The position numbers and the translations under genes were made by a program. 64,000 bases of DNA from Candidatus Nezhaarchaeales archaeon (lineage in GTDB: Archaea > Thermoproteota > Methanomethylicia > Nezhaarchaeales > WYZ-LMO8). Positions 18,031-27,968 of this stretch are shown here, piece after piece. Below the pieces are notes generated by a model, which was not told where the DNA came from, did not search any database, and saw only the letters and a program-made list of their open reading frames with translations. Position 1 is the stretch's first letter. Every line of letters starts with the position of its first letter. The DNA is taken from contig JAWAKK010000001.1 of the NCBI GenBank assembly GCA_038887515.1, positions 608,001 to 672,000 of the forward strand, written 5' to 3'.

Positions 18031-19335
18031 TCAGCCTATCACCTTGTCCCATTTCTTGAGCTGCAAGACCTTTGAAAGGGAACTACCCCTCTTTATCTCT
18101 TCTCTTATCCTATTCTCCTTCTCCATCACGTCTATAGCCCTATTAGCTATTTCCACGGCCTTATCCTTAGGAACCACTACTACGCCATTGTCGTCACCTA
18201 TTATCCAGTCGCCGGGTTCAACTTTGACGCCACCGCATAATATTTCGACGTTTATTTCTCCGAAACCTTTGGGCTCGCCAGCCTTCGGGTTTACGTGTCT
18301 AGTAAACACTGGAAACTTTAGTTCCCTTATGACCTCTACATCCCTTATAGCGCCATCAACGACCACGCCTGCTACGCCCTTAACTACGCAACTCCACGTT
18401 GCAAGTTCTCCCCAGACCGCTTCTTCAGATCCCCCAGCGTCTATAACTATAACTGAGCCTGGTTCAGCTACGTCTATTGCTTGAACAGGCTTGGACCAGT
18501 CTCCCGGATATGTTCTAACTGTTACCGCTCTGCCTACCACCTTAACTCCTTGGACTACCGGCTTTATTCCCTTCATAGCGCCTTTCTTATGCATTGCGTC
18601 AGCTATGTTCGGAGTCGAAACTTTCTTAAAGGCCTCTATCAATTCTCCTTCGGTGAACTTTCTGAACATTTTAGTTTCAAGCGGCTTCTTAGTCAACATT
18701 GCTTGCTTTATTGCTCTTGCCGCTTCCTCGGCCTTTTCAGCCTTCGTTATTGCTCCTCCAACTATTACTATTGACGCCCCAGCCTCAACTGCTTTAGCTG
18801 CACTCTCGCTATTTATACCTCCAGCTACAGCTACTGGAACGCTTACCACGTCAACGACCTGCTTGAGCACCTCTAGGGGTTTCATACCTCGCATCTGCTG
18901 ATCTATGCCGACGTGAACACATACGTAGTTGACTCCAAGTCTTTCGAGTTCAACAGCTCTTGTAGGCATGTCCTCCACATTTATCATGTCTGCCATTATT
19001 TTGGCTCCAACCCTCCTAGCGGCCTCAACAGCTTCTCTTATCGTGCTATCGTCCGCTAAACCTAATACAATAACCACGTCGGCACCAGCCTTAGCTGCGG
19101 CTTCAACTTCCAAGGCTCCGGTATCCATGGTTTTCATGTCCGCTACCACGGGCACATTCGGAAACTTCCTCTTAAGTTCTCTAACACAGTCTAAGCCTTC
19201 ACTTTTAATGAGCGGCGTCCCAGCTTCAAGCCAGTCGACGCCGCCTTTCAAAGCTTCTTCAGCTACCTTGAGGGCCCTATGGAAGTCTACGAAGTCCAAG
19301 GCCAATTGGAGGACGGGCCATTCCATCCTTATCAA
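18031..19335 (-). CDS. hps: 3-hexulose-6-phosphate synthase fused to an RraA/MenG-like domain
   Basis: LQLALD, EAGTPLIK, DMKTMDTG, HVGIDQQ; then AVWGEL, DGAIRD, GDDNGVVVVP. Confidence 0.9.
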   Translation of the reverse strand: MIRMEWPVLQLALDFVDFHRALKVAEEALKGGVDWLEAGTPLIKSEGLDCVRELKRKFPNVPVVADMKTMDTGALEVEAAAKAGADVVIVLGLADDSTIREAVEAARRVGAKIMADMINVEDMPTRAVELERLGVNYVCVHVGIDQQMRGMKPLEVLKQVVDVVSVPVAVAGGINSESAAKAVEAGASIVIVGGAITKAEKAEEAARAIKQAMLTKKPLETKMFRKFTEGELIEAFKKVSTPNIADAMHKKGAMKGIKPVVQGVKVVGRAVTVRTYPGDWSKPVQAIDVAEPGSVIVIDAGGSEEAVWGELATWSCVVKGVAGVVVDGAIRDVEVIRELKFPVFTRHVNPKAGEPKGFGEINVEILCGGVKVEPGDWIIGDDNGVVVVPKDKAVEIANRAIDVMEKENRIREEIKRGSSLSKVLQLKKWDKVIG

Positions 19336-19386
19336 GCTAGGCTGTACCTACCTCAGTTATATTGCTTGCTTCATTTTTTATGGTAT

Positions 19387-20808
19387 TTAAACGTAAACCC
19401 AGGTGGATCCACTCTTGGAGTCCATGATCTTAATCCCGAGGGCTGCTAACTGCTCCCTTATCTTATCTGCTATTTCGTATTCCCTTCGGTCTCTATGTAT
19501 TTGTCTAAGCTCGACTACTATCTTCACGAGCTTGTCTACGAACTCTCTATCGAAACCCTTTACTCCTGGAGCATCGTCGAGGAGCGCTAGAACTTGATTT
19601 AACCGTTTAAAGGCATTAAGCGCTTTCAATGCTAACTCCGCTTTGCCTGACGGTATTATGGAGCTGTACGATATCGATACTAGCCTTTGAAGATATGGAG
19701 AGGCCTTAGCGCAGTTAAAGTCTTCTTCCATCGCCTCTAAGAAGCCTAAGACGCTTAGATCTACATGCCTTGCTACTTTTAAATCCTCTTGAGAGAGCTT
19801 GAAACCGAGATTCTCTTCCGATGATGCTCTGGCTAAGAGTTCTACGCAATTCCTAATTCTTTCGTACATCTTTTCGTATTGTTCCAAAAGTTCATATGAG
19901 AATTCTACAGTACTCCTATAGTGCGTAAGTGCGAGCATCAACCTAAGTGCTTCAGGTCTATGCTTGCTGAGTACGTCCTTTAAAGGTACTATGTTCCCCA
20001 AGCTCTTACTCATCTTCTCTCCCTTAATGGTCAAGTAGCCTGCGTGAAGCCAGAACTTCACCCAAGGTCTCACTCCATACCTAGCTTCGCTTTGAGCTAT
20101 CTCGTTTTCGTGGTGCGGAAATATGAGGTCAGCCCCTCCACCGTGTATGTCTATCCTATCGCCTAAATAGAAACTGCTCATGACGGAGCACTCTATGTGC
20201 CACCCTGGTCTTCCAGGGCCCCAAGGGCTATCCCAGTACGGTTCGCCTGGTTTAGCTCTCTTCCAAAGGGCGAAGTCGTAAGGCCTTCTCTTTTCATGTA
20301 TGAATTGTTCCTCTTGCCTCCATCCCTCTCCTTTAACTCTCTTGGATAACTTACCGTAATCAAGGAACTTGTCGACGTCGAAATACACACTTCCATTGCT
20401 CTCATAAGCGAAGCCCGCCTCTACGAGCTTAGATATGAAATCTATCATCTCTTTTATGTGCTGCGTAGCCCTTGGGTGCAGATCGACCTCAATCTTCAGC
20501 TTCTTTAAAGCTTCAATGTAGTCCTTGGTGTAAGTATCCGCTATGACTCTCCAATCCACACCCTTTTCCTTTGCCTTGTTAATTATCTTATCGTCTATAT
20601 CTGTAATGTTTTGGACGTGGATCACCTCAAACCCCCTAAGCTTAAGGAAGCGCTTAATGACGTCGAAGGCAATGTACGTCCTAGCATGACCTACATGAGT
20701 GTAGTCATAGACCGTGGGCCCACATACATAAATCCCAACTCTCGGAGGGTCGAAGGGTTCGAAGGGTTCGAGAGAGTTGGTCAAGGTGTTGTAAACCTTA
20801 ATACCCAA
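19387..20808 (-). CDS. cysS: Cysteinyl-tRNA synthetase
   Basis: YVCGPTVY..HVGH, GRPGWHIECS, FPHHENE, KMSKS; start set at TTG after SD GGTGA. Confidence 0.97.
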   Translation of the reverse strand: MGIKVYNTLTNSLEPFEPFDPPRVGIYVCGPTVYDYTHVGHARTYIAFDVIKRFLKLRGFEVIHVQNITDIDDKIINKAKEKGVDWRVIADTYTKDYIEALKKLKIEVDLHPRATQHIKEMIDFISKLVEAGFAYESNGSVYFDVDKFLDYGKLSKRVKGEGWRQEEQFIHEKRRPYDFALWKRAKPGEPYWDSPWGPGRPGWHIECSVMSSFYLGDRIDIHGGGADLIFPHHENEIAQSEARYGVRPWVKFWLHAGYLTIKGEKMSKSLGNIVPLKDVLSKHRPEALRLMLALTHYRSTVEFSYELLEQYEKMYERIRNCVELLARASSEENLGFKLSQEDLKVARHVDLSVLGFLEAMEEDFNCAKASPYLQRLVSISYSSIIPSGKAELALKALNAFKRLNQVLALLDDAPGVKGFDREFVDKLVKIVVELRQIHRDRREYEIADKIREQLAALGIKIMDSKSGSTWVYV

Positions 20809-21008
20809 GAACCTATCACCAGAACCCGAGAGTAACCATGCTTCCGAAAATTTAAGTTTCAAGCATAATACAACCTGTGAGATAGAGCACGCGCGTTTGA
20901 GGGACACTTAAACTTAAGATCGTACTTCAACTACGAATCCATTAAATAATTACGACCTGTAATGTTGTTTAGGGTAGCAAAATCCTCGACTCTAAGGGGT
21001 CTGGGTTC

Positions 21009-22148
21009 ATGACCTTAGAGTTTATGGCTACTACCATCGAGGGTTTAGAGGACGTAGCCGCTAAGGAAGTGGAGGAACTTGGAGGGAGCGTAACGGAGGT
21101 TGGAAGGGGGAGAGTATTCCTTCGCGGAAGTATCGACCTTATGTATCGGTTGAACATTAAGGCTAGGTGTATTCACAAATTAGTGTTAGTTCTCAGTCGT
21201 GGCAACGCCCTTAATTTAAGCGAAATATATCGCTTCGCTAGAGCAGTCGATTACTTCGATATTATAAGGCTGGACCAGACGTTTGCTGTAAAAACTACAC
21301 GGATTGGGTCACATGATTATACCAGTATAGACGTCTCGGCAACTGTCGGGCAAGCTATAATAGATAACTTCATGGAGACTAAGAGCGTTAGGCCACACGT
21401 AAACCTTACGAACCCAGACGTAGAGATAGACGTGTACATCAAGGACCTAGAAATAACTATAGGCGTCAACACGACCGGAGAATCGCTTCACAAGAGGAAC
21501 TATAGGGTCTACGATCACCCAGCGGCTCTGAAGACAACCATAGCTTCAGGAATGATAAGGTTATCTGGCTGGCGTGGCGATGGGTTGCTAGATCCAATGT
21601 GCGGCGGGGGGACTATAGTCATAGAAGCAACGCTTATGGCTAGGAAGTTTCCACCTGGCTTTTTTAGGAATGGCTTTGCGTTCACTAAACTACCACTCTA
21701 CGATCCTAAAGTTCATAAAGAGGTTCTTGAGAAGGCCTTGGATGAAGCTAATAGAGACAAACTTGAAGTGCAGGGCTTCGATATATCGCCTAAACATGTT
21801 GAAGGAGCAAAGCTAAACGCCTTATCTGCAGGAGTTAGCGATACCATTAATTTTAGAGTCAAAGACTCTAGGAAAGAAGATACCTATGTAGGTTTGGACG
21901 TGAATACCGTAATCGTAAATCCACCCTATGGAATTAGGCAGAGTAGGCTTAAAGTGCTCAAAGACTTGTATTCGACGTTCTTAAAGGCGCTTTCTAATAC
22001 TCTCAGCGGTTCGACCCTAACAATAATAGTCGCTCATCCAAGGATATTCGAAGACGCGCTAAACAACATAAACTGTAAAATACTAGAGTTAAGAAGTATA
22101 AAGCACGGAAACTTGCCTGCCAAAATATATAGGGTTCTAATATGTTGA
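21009..22148 (+). CDS. trm14: THUMP-domain tRNA m2G6 methyltransferase
   Basis: THUMP region, SLHKRNYR..HPAAL, DPMCGGGT, NPPYG. Confidence 0.85.
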   Translation: MTLEFMATTIEGLEDVAAKEVEELGGSVTEVGRGRVFLRGSIDLMYRLNIKARCIHKLVLVLSRGNALNLSEIYRFARAVDYFDIIRLDQTFAVKTTRIGSHDYTSIDVSATVGQAIIDNFMETKSVRPHVNLTNPDVEIDVYIKDLEITIGVNTTGESLHKRNYRVYDHPAALKTTIASGMIRLSGWRGDGLLDPMCGGGTIVIEATLMARKFPPGFFRNGFAFTKLPLYDPKVHKEVLEKALDEANRDKLEVQGFDISPKHVEGAKLNALSAGVSDTINFRVKDSRKEDTYVGLDVNTVIVNPPYGIRQSRLKVLKDLYSTFLKALSNTLSGSTLTIIVAHPRIFEDALNNINCKILELRSIKHGNLPAKIYRVLIC

Positions 22149-22193
22149 GACGCCTTATCGGTAATCCCCTAGTTCGCTTAAGACGTAGGCCTT

Positions 22194-22898
22194 CTATTCT
22201 CGACTTACAAATACTGCTACGTTTATCGCTAGGCAAGCTGAAACTACGTTGACGTCATAGCTTAACATAGCTTTAAAGTCCACGTCCCTTTTGTAGAAGG
22301 CTTGTACGAGATCTAGATAAGCTAGAAAGGCCTTCGGTTCCTCCTCTCCTCTTTGGAGACGCCAGTAGCGCTTTTCATCCTTCTTTATGGCCGCGATCCT
22401 TTCTCGTATTAGTTCCTCTACATTTATACCCTGAAGCCATAGCTTCTGTGCCTGGGTTGTACTCCACTCATAGAGGTCAAGGACGCTGTAATCTGCTATT
22501 CTAAGATGAAGCTTCCAGTCGTTTAAGCTAATTTTGGCCCTTGCAATTACCTCATCTACCGCTATGTCTTTCACGGAGGATTGTGCCTTAGGTCCAAGTA
22601 CTAGAAGGGGGCTTACGTAACAGGAGGCTAGGCATATGGCCTCAGAGATGAGGCTTCCTAAGCCTAAGGCTTTCGATACGAAGCCTACAAAGTCCATGAC
22701 CTCTCGATGAGGATACGCTAACGTCACTAGAGGCTTAGTAGTTTTCGTTAGCTTCTTCGCGAGAGATGGAGGAACTCCAAGATGCCTGTACTTGAATCTA
22801 TCGATGAGCCACTTTAAGTCTTGTGAGATGTCATCGGTCGGGTCAAAGACTATGACCCCCCTCATGTTTTTTACTAGAGCTGCGTAGTGCGAGAACAT
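22194..22898 (-). CDS. Hypothetical protein
   Basis: 234-aa ORF with normal composition (WKLHLRIADY..D.Y, KDEKRYWRL); no family recognised. Confidence 0.65.
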   Translation of the reverse strand: MFSHYAALVKNMRGVIVFDPTDDISQDLKWLIDRFKYRHLGVPPSLAKKLTKTTKPLVTLAYPHREVMDFVGFVSKALGLGSLISEAICLASCYVSPLLVLGPKAQSSVKDIAVDEVIARAKISLNDWKLHLRIADYSVLDLYEWSTTQAQKLWLQGINVEELIRERIAAIKKDEKRYWRLQRGEEEPKAFLAYLDLVQAFYKRDVDFKAMLSYDVNVVSACLAINVAVFVSRE

Positions 22899-22956
22899 AC
22901 ATTAATTTATACGGTATGCCAGGCTAATTTAATTGTGTTACCATAGTAGTGTTAAA

Positions 22957-23826
22957 TTAGGTGCCTCTGAAGGCTACGTAGTCTCCTAAGCGTACACCGA
23001 GTTCCTTAGCAACGGCTCCACACTTAGCCCTTAAAAGGAAGAAGGTCTTAGCTCTAAGAGGTGTCTCGGACAAGTATTCGTAGTGAGCCATCCCCTTAGC
23101 TATTATAACGTTGGATTCTTCCAACGATTTTTTGACTTCCTCAGATACCTCGTCTAGGAAGACGCTCGAGCCATCTGTTCCGCTACCGATAAGTCTGTCT
23201 ACAACCTTGTGGAGACCTACGTATATCGCATCGTCTATGGTCGTATCGTTTTGAAAAGTGCCCGACTTAGCTATGGTTACGACGCGGCAATTTAGTCGTT
23301 TAAGCTCGCTTAACATGACGTAATCAAAGGGTAGCTCTTCGACATTGTCGAGCAAGTAGACTACATTTGCAGCCTTAACCGCTTCGTAAAGTTGAAGTGT
23401 GTGATCCCTACGAATATCCGTTAAAACAATTAGACTTTCTATAGAATCAAGTGTCGGAGGTCTAAATTCGGCAACACCGTAGTCAAAGCTATTCCCTACG
23501 AGGGAGAGCTTGACTATCTCCTTGAATCTTCTATAGCCTTCAAGGTCTTTAATGATCTTAAAACAGAGGTCTCTTATTTCAGAGAACTTAGCTAATGCCC
23601 TCTCGCGTATGTAGAAGTAGGGGTCGTCAATAGTAAGCTCCTTGAGTTTCCTGTAAATCATTGTAGCAAGCCTTGTGACGTTTAGGTCTACTTTCAATAC
23701 CCTGCTCATGTACTTAGTTAACTCAACCATTATCTTGGTGGTCTCCTCCTCATTTAAGTTGAGCATTTCTAACTCTCGTCGTCTTACATCCAATATGCAA
23801 GGTAAGCATTCTGGCTTCAGTTTCAA
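22957..23826 (-). CDS. DUF89/ARMT1-like damage-control phosphatase
   Basis: ECLPC, DPY, GNSFDYG, LDN..E..D, QND.T, KGMAHYE, LRAKC. Confidence 0.85.
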   Translation of the reverse strand: MKLKPECLPCILDVRRRELEMLNLNEEETTKIMVELTKYMSRVLKVDLNVTRLATMIYRKLKELTIDDPYFYIRERALAKFSEIRDLCFKIIKDLEGYRRFKEIVKLSLVGNSFDYGVAEFRPPTLDSIESLIVLTDIRRDHTLQLYEAVKAANVVYLLDNVEELPFDYVMLSELKRLNCRVVTIAKSGTFQNDTTIDDAIYVGLHKVVDRLIGSGTDGSSVFLDEVSEEVKKSLEESNVIIAKGMAHYEYLSETPLRAKTFFLLRAKCGAVAKELGVRLGDYVAFRGT

Positions 23827-23914
23827 AGTTAACCCCTCGAAATTCAGCAGGAATATATGAGTGTACGCCTCTATCTAACAATAATAATTCGCCAGAAAAG
23901 GTTGGTGTAACTTA

Positions 23915-24502
23915 TTGAGCGTACTATTCGTCATAGAGCATTTAGAGCCTCGTTTGAGTAAGTGGGCTCTCATAGAGTATGAGCACGCCTCGTTGATCGT
24001 TGGAAAGGAAAGCTTGGCTTTCACAAACGTGAAGAAAGGATTTAACATCTTGCAGAAGTTCGGGAAAGTCTATAGAGAGAGTGCTACAGAGTTGTTCGAC
24101 AACGAGAAGACCGTAGTTCTCGACCCTAAGGCTAATGAGCTCCTAGACCCTTCAGACTTCTGCTACGCTGAGACCGTAGTGGTTGGAGGAATATTGGGAG
24201 ATAACCCTCCAAGAGGTAGAACGTTTAAGCTTATAACCTCGAAGATGAAGAAGGTTAAAGCTAGGAGCCTAGGTAAAGGCCAGTTTTCAATAGACGGCGC
24301 CATTTACATGGCTCTCAAAGTAGCTCAAGGAGTAAAGTTGAGCGAGATACCTTTAGCTACGAGCCTAACATTGAAAAGTGGTTGTCTCGAAGTATACTTA
24401 CCCTATTCTTATCCACTTGTAAATGGTAAGCCTGTCATAAGCCCTAAACTAATCGAGTACCTTATGGAGACGGACGTGGTTCAAGCAGGAAGCAGAGATT
24501 AA
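23915..24502 (+). CDS. Sfm1-like SPOUT methyltransferase
   Basis: VIEHLE..W..IEY, LDP, GGILGDNPPRGRT, LGKGQFSIDGA. Confidence 0.85.
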   Translation: MSVLFVIEHLEPRLSKWALIEYEHASLIVGKESLAFTNVKKGFNILQKFGKVYRESATELFDNEKTVVLDPKANELLDPSDFCYAETVVVGGILGDNPPRGRTFKLITSKMKKVKARSLGKGQFSIDGAIYMALKVAQGVKLSEIPLATSLTLKSGCLEVYLPYSYPLVNGKPVISPKLIEYLMETDVVQAGSRD

Positions 24503-24945
24503 CACTTCATAAATAAGTATAGGAGCGCAACGAATAGCGCTAAAAAGGCCACCAGCGGTAGGATAGCCATTAAAATGGATTCGGAACCCGAAATAGGTAC
24601 CGGAGGCAATGGAAAATACCATACCCAGCCCCTTACGTCTACAGTCGAAAGCGACATGACTATGAACCCTACAGATACTAGGATGAAACCTAGAAACATT
24701 AGCATTAACGGTGAGAACAAAGGCTTGAAAAGTTGAGTGTCCTTAGAACTGGAAGCGTCCGGCAATGCTTCTCCCCCGACTACGTAACCTCCCATGATCG
24801 CTACGGCGCCTTTAAGAGCTAGAGCCCTAGCGTCTTCTTCTGGTATCTCCGCTTCATCTCTGGGCGAGTAAGGACCGTAAACCCTACCGTCACTACCCAC
24901 AAAAGCTCCAACTTCTTTTAAAAAGAGTACTTTAACGTAGTTCAT
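24499..24945 (-). CDS. Membrane protein with an N-terminal GINS-B-domain-like module
   Basis: VKVLFLKEVGAFVGSDGRVYGPY..D.AEIP..DA.AL..KG followed by two TM helices flanking WYFPLPPVPI. Confidence 0.6.
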   Translation of the reverse strand: MNYVKVLFLKEVGAFVGSDGRVYGPYSPRDEAEIPEEDARALALKGAVAIMGGYVVGGEALPDASSSKDTQLFKPLFSPLMLMFLGFILVSVGFIVMSLSTVDVRGWVWYFPLPPVPISGSESILMAILPLVAFLALFVALLYLFMKC

Positions 24946-24946
24946 G

Positions 24947-25201
24947 TTAACCACCACCTATTAGGCTCACAAACCAGGATAGCGCTATAAAGAATATTAT
25001 GACCGCAGCAATGATCCCCATAACGGCTACGGCCTTCTTAGAAGAGCCCCATAAGATCGGAACAGGTCCTATTAATATAAAGCCTGACGACTCCTGTTTC
25101 CCTTTATTCGTACCGGTAATCTTCATCGACGAAAATATTATGAATACTACGCCTATTATGACCAGCAATAAACCTATAAAGAATGTCGGATCTACGTCCA
25201 T
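24947..25201 (-). CDS. DUF131 (TIGR00304-like) membrane protein
   Basis: Two TM helices flanking GFILIGPVPILWGS. Confidence 0.8.
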   Translation of the reverse strand: MDVDPTFFIGLLLVIIGVVFIIFSSMKITGTNKGKQESSGFILIGPVPILWGSSKKAVAVMGIIAAVIIFFIALSWFVSLIGGG

Positions 25202-25295
25202 GTTTAGCCCCCAGGCGAACACCCTATAGATACCTAGAAACCTAAAAATCAAATCCTCAAAATAAGTTTTTTAGAGGAGGACATAATGAATATAT

Positions 25296-25353
25296 GGGCA
25301 ATGATGTACCATTGCATGCCTGAAAAATGATGTCTGACTCCAATGCTGAGCCC
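25296..25353 (+). ncRNA. Candidate C/D box sRNA
   Basis: GGGC-A-ATGATGT-12nt-CTGA-AAA-ATGATGT-12nt-CTGA-GCCC; intergenic, with a terminal stem. Confidence 0.55.
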
Positions 25354-25357
25354 GATA

Positions 25358-25906
25358 TTAAAGAGTGCCCTTTACATTATCTACATGTGAACGAGACTTA
25401 TCGTATAATGCCTCTAGACTTATCACGTTGTAGTATTTACCAATATCTTCGAGTCTGTGGGCGTCAGAATTCCTTAAAGGTATCAGGCCGAACTTTATTG
25501 CCAACTGTTCGGCCAACTCTCTATCCATCCCCCTATGGAGGTAATTCCTAACTTCAATTCCCTGACATGTAGCCAGTATTTGTGGGCGTTCGTCATAAGG
25601 ATGGGCCTGAAACCTGAAGACCCTATCCCCCAAGTATAGATCGACTATCTGTCTATGGGTCGAGGGGCCCATCCCTTGAACTTCAAGTTCAACTCCGGGT
25701 ATTATTACTATTTCCGGAAAATACTCCTTAGCTATTTCAGCTGCCTTAACGCCGTAAAAGGTAGTTCCATGCTCAGTTATCGCTATACCGTCAAGCCCAG
25801 CTCTCTTTATCTGCTTAACTATTCTAGCAACGGAATCAATACTTGGATTAGGAAAACCCATGGCCTCAAAGGGATGGGTGTGTAAGTCGAGCTTGAGGTA
25901 TTTCAT
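25358..25906 (-). CDS. PHP-domain phosphoesterase
   Basis: DLHTH, GLDGIAITEH, IPGVE, AHPY, NSDAH. Confidence 0.85.
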   Translation of the reverse strand: MKYLKLDLHTHPFEAMGFPNPSIDSVARIVKQIKRAGLDGIAITEHGTTFYGVKAAEIAKEYFPEIVIIPGVELEVQGMGPSTHRQIVDLYLGDRVFRFQAHPYDERPQILATCQGIEVRNYLHRGMDRELAEQLAIKFGLIPLRNSDAHRLEDIGKYYNVISLEALYDKSRSHVDNVKGTL

Positions 25907-25993
25907 GGCTTATCTTCTCTTTTAATGAAGACTTATCTTTACAATACGATATATATGGCCTTCGTTCATACTCGTTGTCCGAAAGTTTGGTCG

Positions 25994-26842
25994 CTACCTA
26001 GGTAACTTCTCAGAAACAAGATAGGGCATTTTAGCCCTAAACGCTACTAAGGGGTCTCTAAGCTTCATAAGATGGGAGAGTAAGGCCCTTTTACCCTTCA
26101 TGGTTAAGGCAAAGACCGGAATTGAAACGCCTAGCTGGAAGATAGCATTCGAAGCAACATTCTCTCTTATGATCTTCGAATTACAGCCCCAAACTAGGTC
26201 CGACAGCAGTAAATTTTCTACATCTTGCTCTTCACATCGAGTCGTACACACGGTTAGCACGGTAATGTCGACGTCCGCGCCCAGCTCTAAGCCTCTTACA
26301 GCAGCTATCTCCCAACTTCTGAATCCAGCTATTGTAACTGCTATCTTCTTGTAACCTCTTTGTGCCGCCAAATTGACTCCTTCTACTTGATCTATAGTTG
26401 CCTTCTCTTCGTCCAAAATTATTGCGCCATGCTCCTTTAGCTTATCTATTATCTCTGGTACTGGAGTAGTCTCGATTATACCGGTTAAGAAGGCGCCTAT
26501 CATTTGGACCAGCTTTGGATTCGATGCTAAAACGGTGCCGGCGCCTTCGCATACTGTGACAGCGCAGTCGAAGAGCCCTTCTTCTAAACAAGACATTATG
26601 ACCTCCGATGCCCCGAAGGGTACGAGTACCTCAGCCGTGAAGACCCTTTTCGACGTTGCAAACCCTCTTTTGTCCATCTTTATTTCAATTATTTTCTTTA
26701 CAGTACTTCGATCTATCTCTTCGAAGCCGTAAAGGCTAGAGCTGAGGGGACAATGCCGAGTTCGCGGGTCGTCAATGACGCTTACCTTTGAGTCCTCGAT
26801 CTCTACCCTAGCGCCACAGCACATGACTAAATGCCTAGGCAA
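25994..26842 (-). CDS. Methanogenesis marker protein 8 (DUF2099)
   Basis: CPL, FGASE, DCAVTVCEGAGTV..P.LVQ.IG..TG..ET.P, A.IDQVEG. Confidence 0.8.
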   Translation of the reverse strand: MPRHLVMCCGARVEIEDSKVSVIDDPRTRHCPLSSSLYGFEEIDRSTVKKIIEIKMDKRGFATSKRVFTAEVLVPFGASEVIMSCLEEGLFDCAVTVCEGAGTVLASNPKLVQMIGAFLTGIIETTPVPEIIDKLKEHGAIILDEEKATIDQVEGVNLAAQRGYKKIAVTIAGFRSWEIAAVRGLELGADVDITVLTVCTTRCEEQDVENLLLSDLVWGCNSKIIRENVASNAIFQLGVSIPVFALTMKGKRALLSHLMKLRDPLVAFRAKMPYLVSEKLPR

Positions 26843-26895
26843 GGAAGAAGACCTCTATTTAGAGCCTTACATGACCAGCCTAATATGATGTGACT

Positions 26896-27102
26896 CTAAA
26901 ATCCTCCAAGCTTAAATTTCTTGGCTATATTGGTTGCTTCATCTATGTCGTCTGTCGCCCCTATGAACTTTGATTTAGAAATAGCGTTTCTGATGCCGCA
27001 TTTAAAGCACATAAAGGTTCTTGCCGGCATCCTCACTACTCTAGGTTCTCCACAATTACGGCATAGAGCTACCACATATCGTTTCATTGATAGTGGTAGC
27101 AT
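26896..27102 (-). CDS. DUF1922-like zinc-ribbon protein
   Basis: CRNCG..CFKCG followed by a DEA helix. Confidence 0.6.
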   Translation of the reverse strand: MLPLSMKRYVVALCRNCGEPRVVRMPARTFMCFKCGIRNAISKSKFIGATDDIDEATNIAKKFKLGGF

Positions 27103-27296
27103 ATTTATGTCCCCCGAAAGTCTCGTTGAGTGTCTAACAGGCTACTCTGTATATAACGCTTTCACAGGATCCTGTATTTTGAGATTCCTCTATATTAATG
27201 TCTCGCTTGAAGTGAAAAGTACCCTCATAATTTAACTGCTTCTACCAAATAGATACAGGTAATCTCCTACTTGTTAAGTTTCGAGGCTGATGCTGA

Positions 27297-27968
27297 GTGA
27301 TGGCGCAAGAAGTGAAAAATGAATTGCTCAATGTGCTAAGACGCTCTTACGAAGACGTAAATCGTATAGCGGAGAAGATGAGGACCCTAAACTCATTTGA
27401 ATTACTATTAAGTACGATAATTTCTCAGAACACTAACTGGAGAAACGTTGAGAGGGCTATGGAGAACATGAGGAGAAAGGGCTTAGTGCACTTGAACGGC
27501 ATTTTAAGTGCCGATATTGCTGAGCTTGAAGATGCGCTGAGGGTCTCGGGATTATACAGGGTTAAGGCTCTCAGGATCAAGGAAATAGCGGAAATAATTA
27601 AGACTTGGAATACCGACCTAGACGGCATCTTGTCCATGTCGTTTGAAGACGCTAGGACTAAACTCATGGAACTTCCAGCCGTTGGCTATAAGACGGCCGA
27701 CGTTATGCTAGCCTTTAAGGCTCGAGCCCCTGTCATACCCATAGATACACATATTAGGAGAGTAGCGGAGAGATTGGGCTTAGTCGATAAGAAGGCAAGT
27801 TACGAAGAAATTAGGCTCACCCTTGAGTCTTTCGTCCCACCCGAAGAGCGGGACCTCTTTCACCTAGCTCTCATAAAGTTTGGTAGGGAAATATGTAGAG
27901 CCAGAGACCCTGCGTGTAGTAAGTGCCCGCTGAATAGCGTCTGTATGTCGAGACGCGTTAAGCCTTGA
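27297..27968 (+). CDS. nth: Endonuclease III
   Basis: LSTIISQNT, LPAVGYKTAD HhH, PIDTHIRR, C-x6-C-x2-C-x5-C Fe-S motif. Confidence 0.93.
   Translation: MMAQEVKNELLNVLRRSYEDVNRIAEKMRTLNSFELLLSTIISQNTNWRNVERAMENMRRKGLVHLNGILSADIAELEDALRVSGLYRVKALRIKEIAEIIKTWNTDLDGILSMSFEDARTKLMELPAVGYKTADVMLAFKARAPVIPIDTHIRRVAERLGLVDKKASYEEIRLTLESFVPPEERDLFHLALIKFGREICRARDPACSKCPLNSVCMSRRVKP

Noticed and set aside
18031-19335. HPS-RraA fusion as a novelty
   Set aside because: This architecture is already known in archaea
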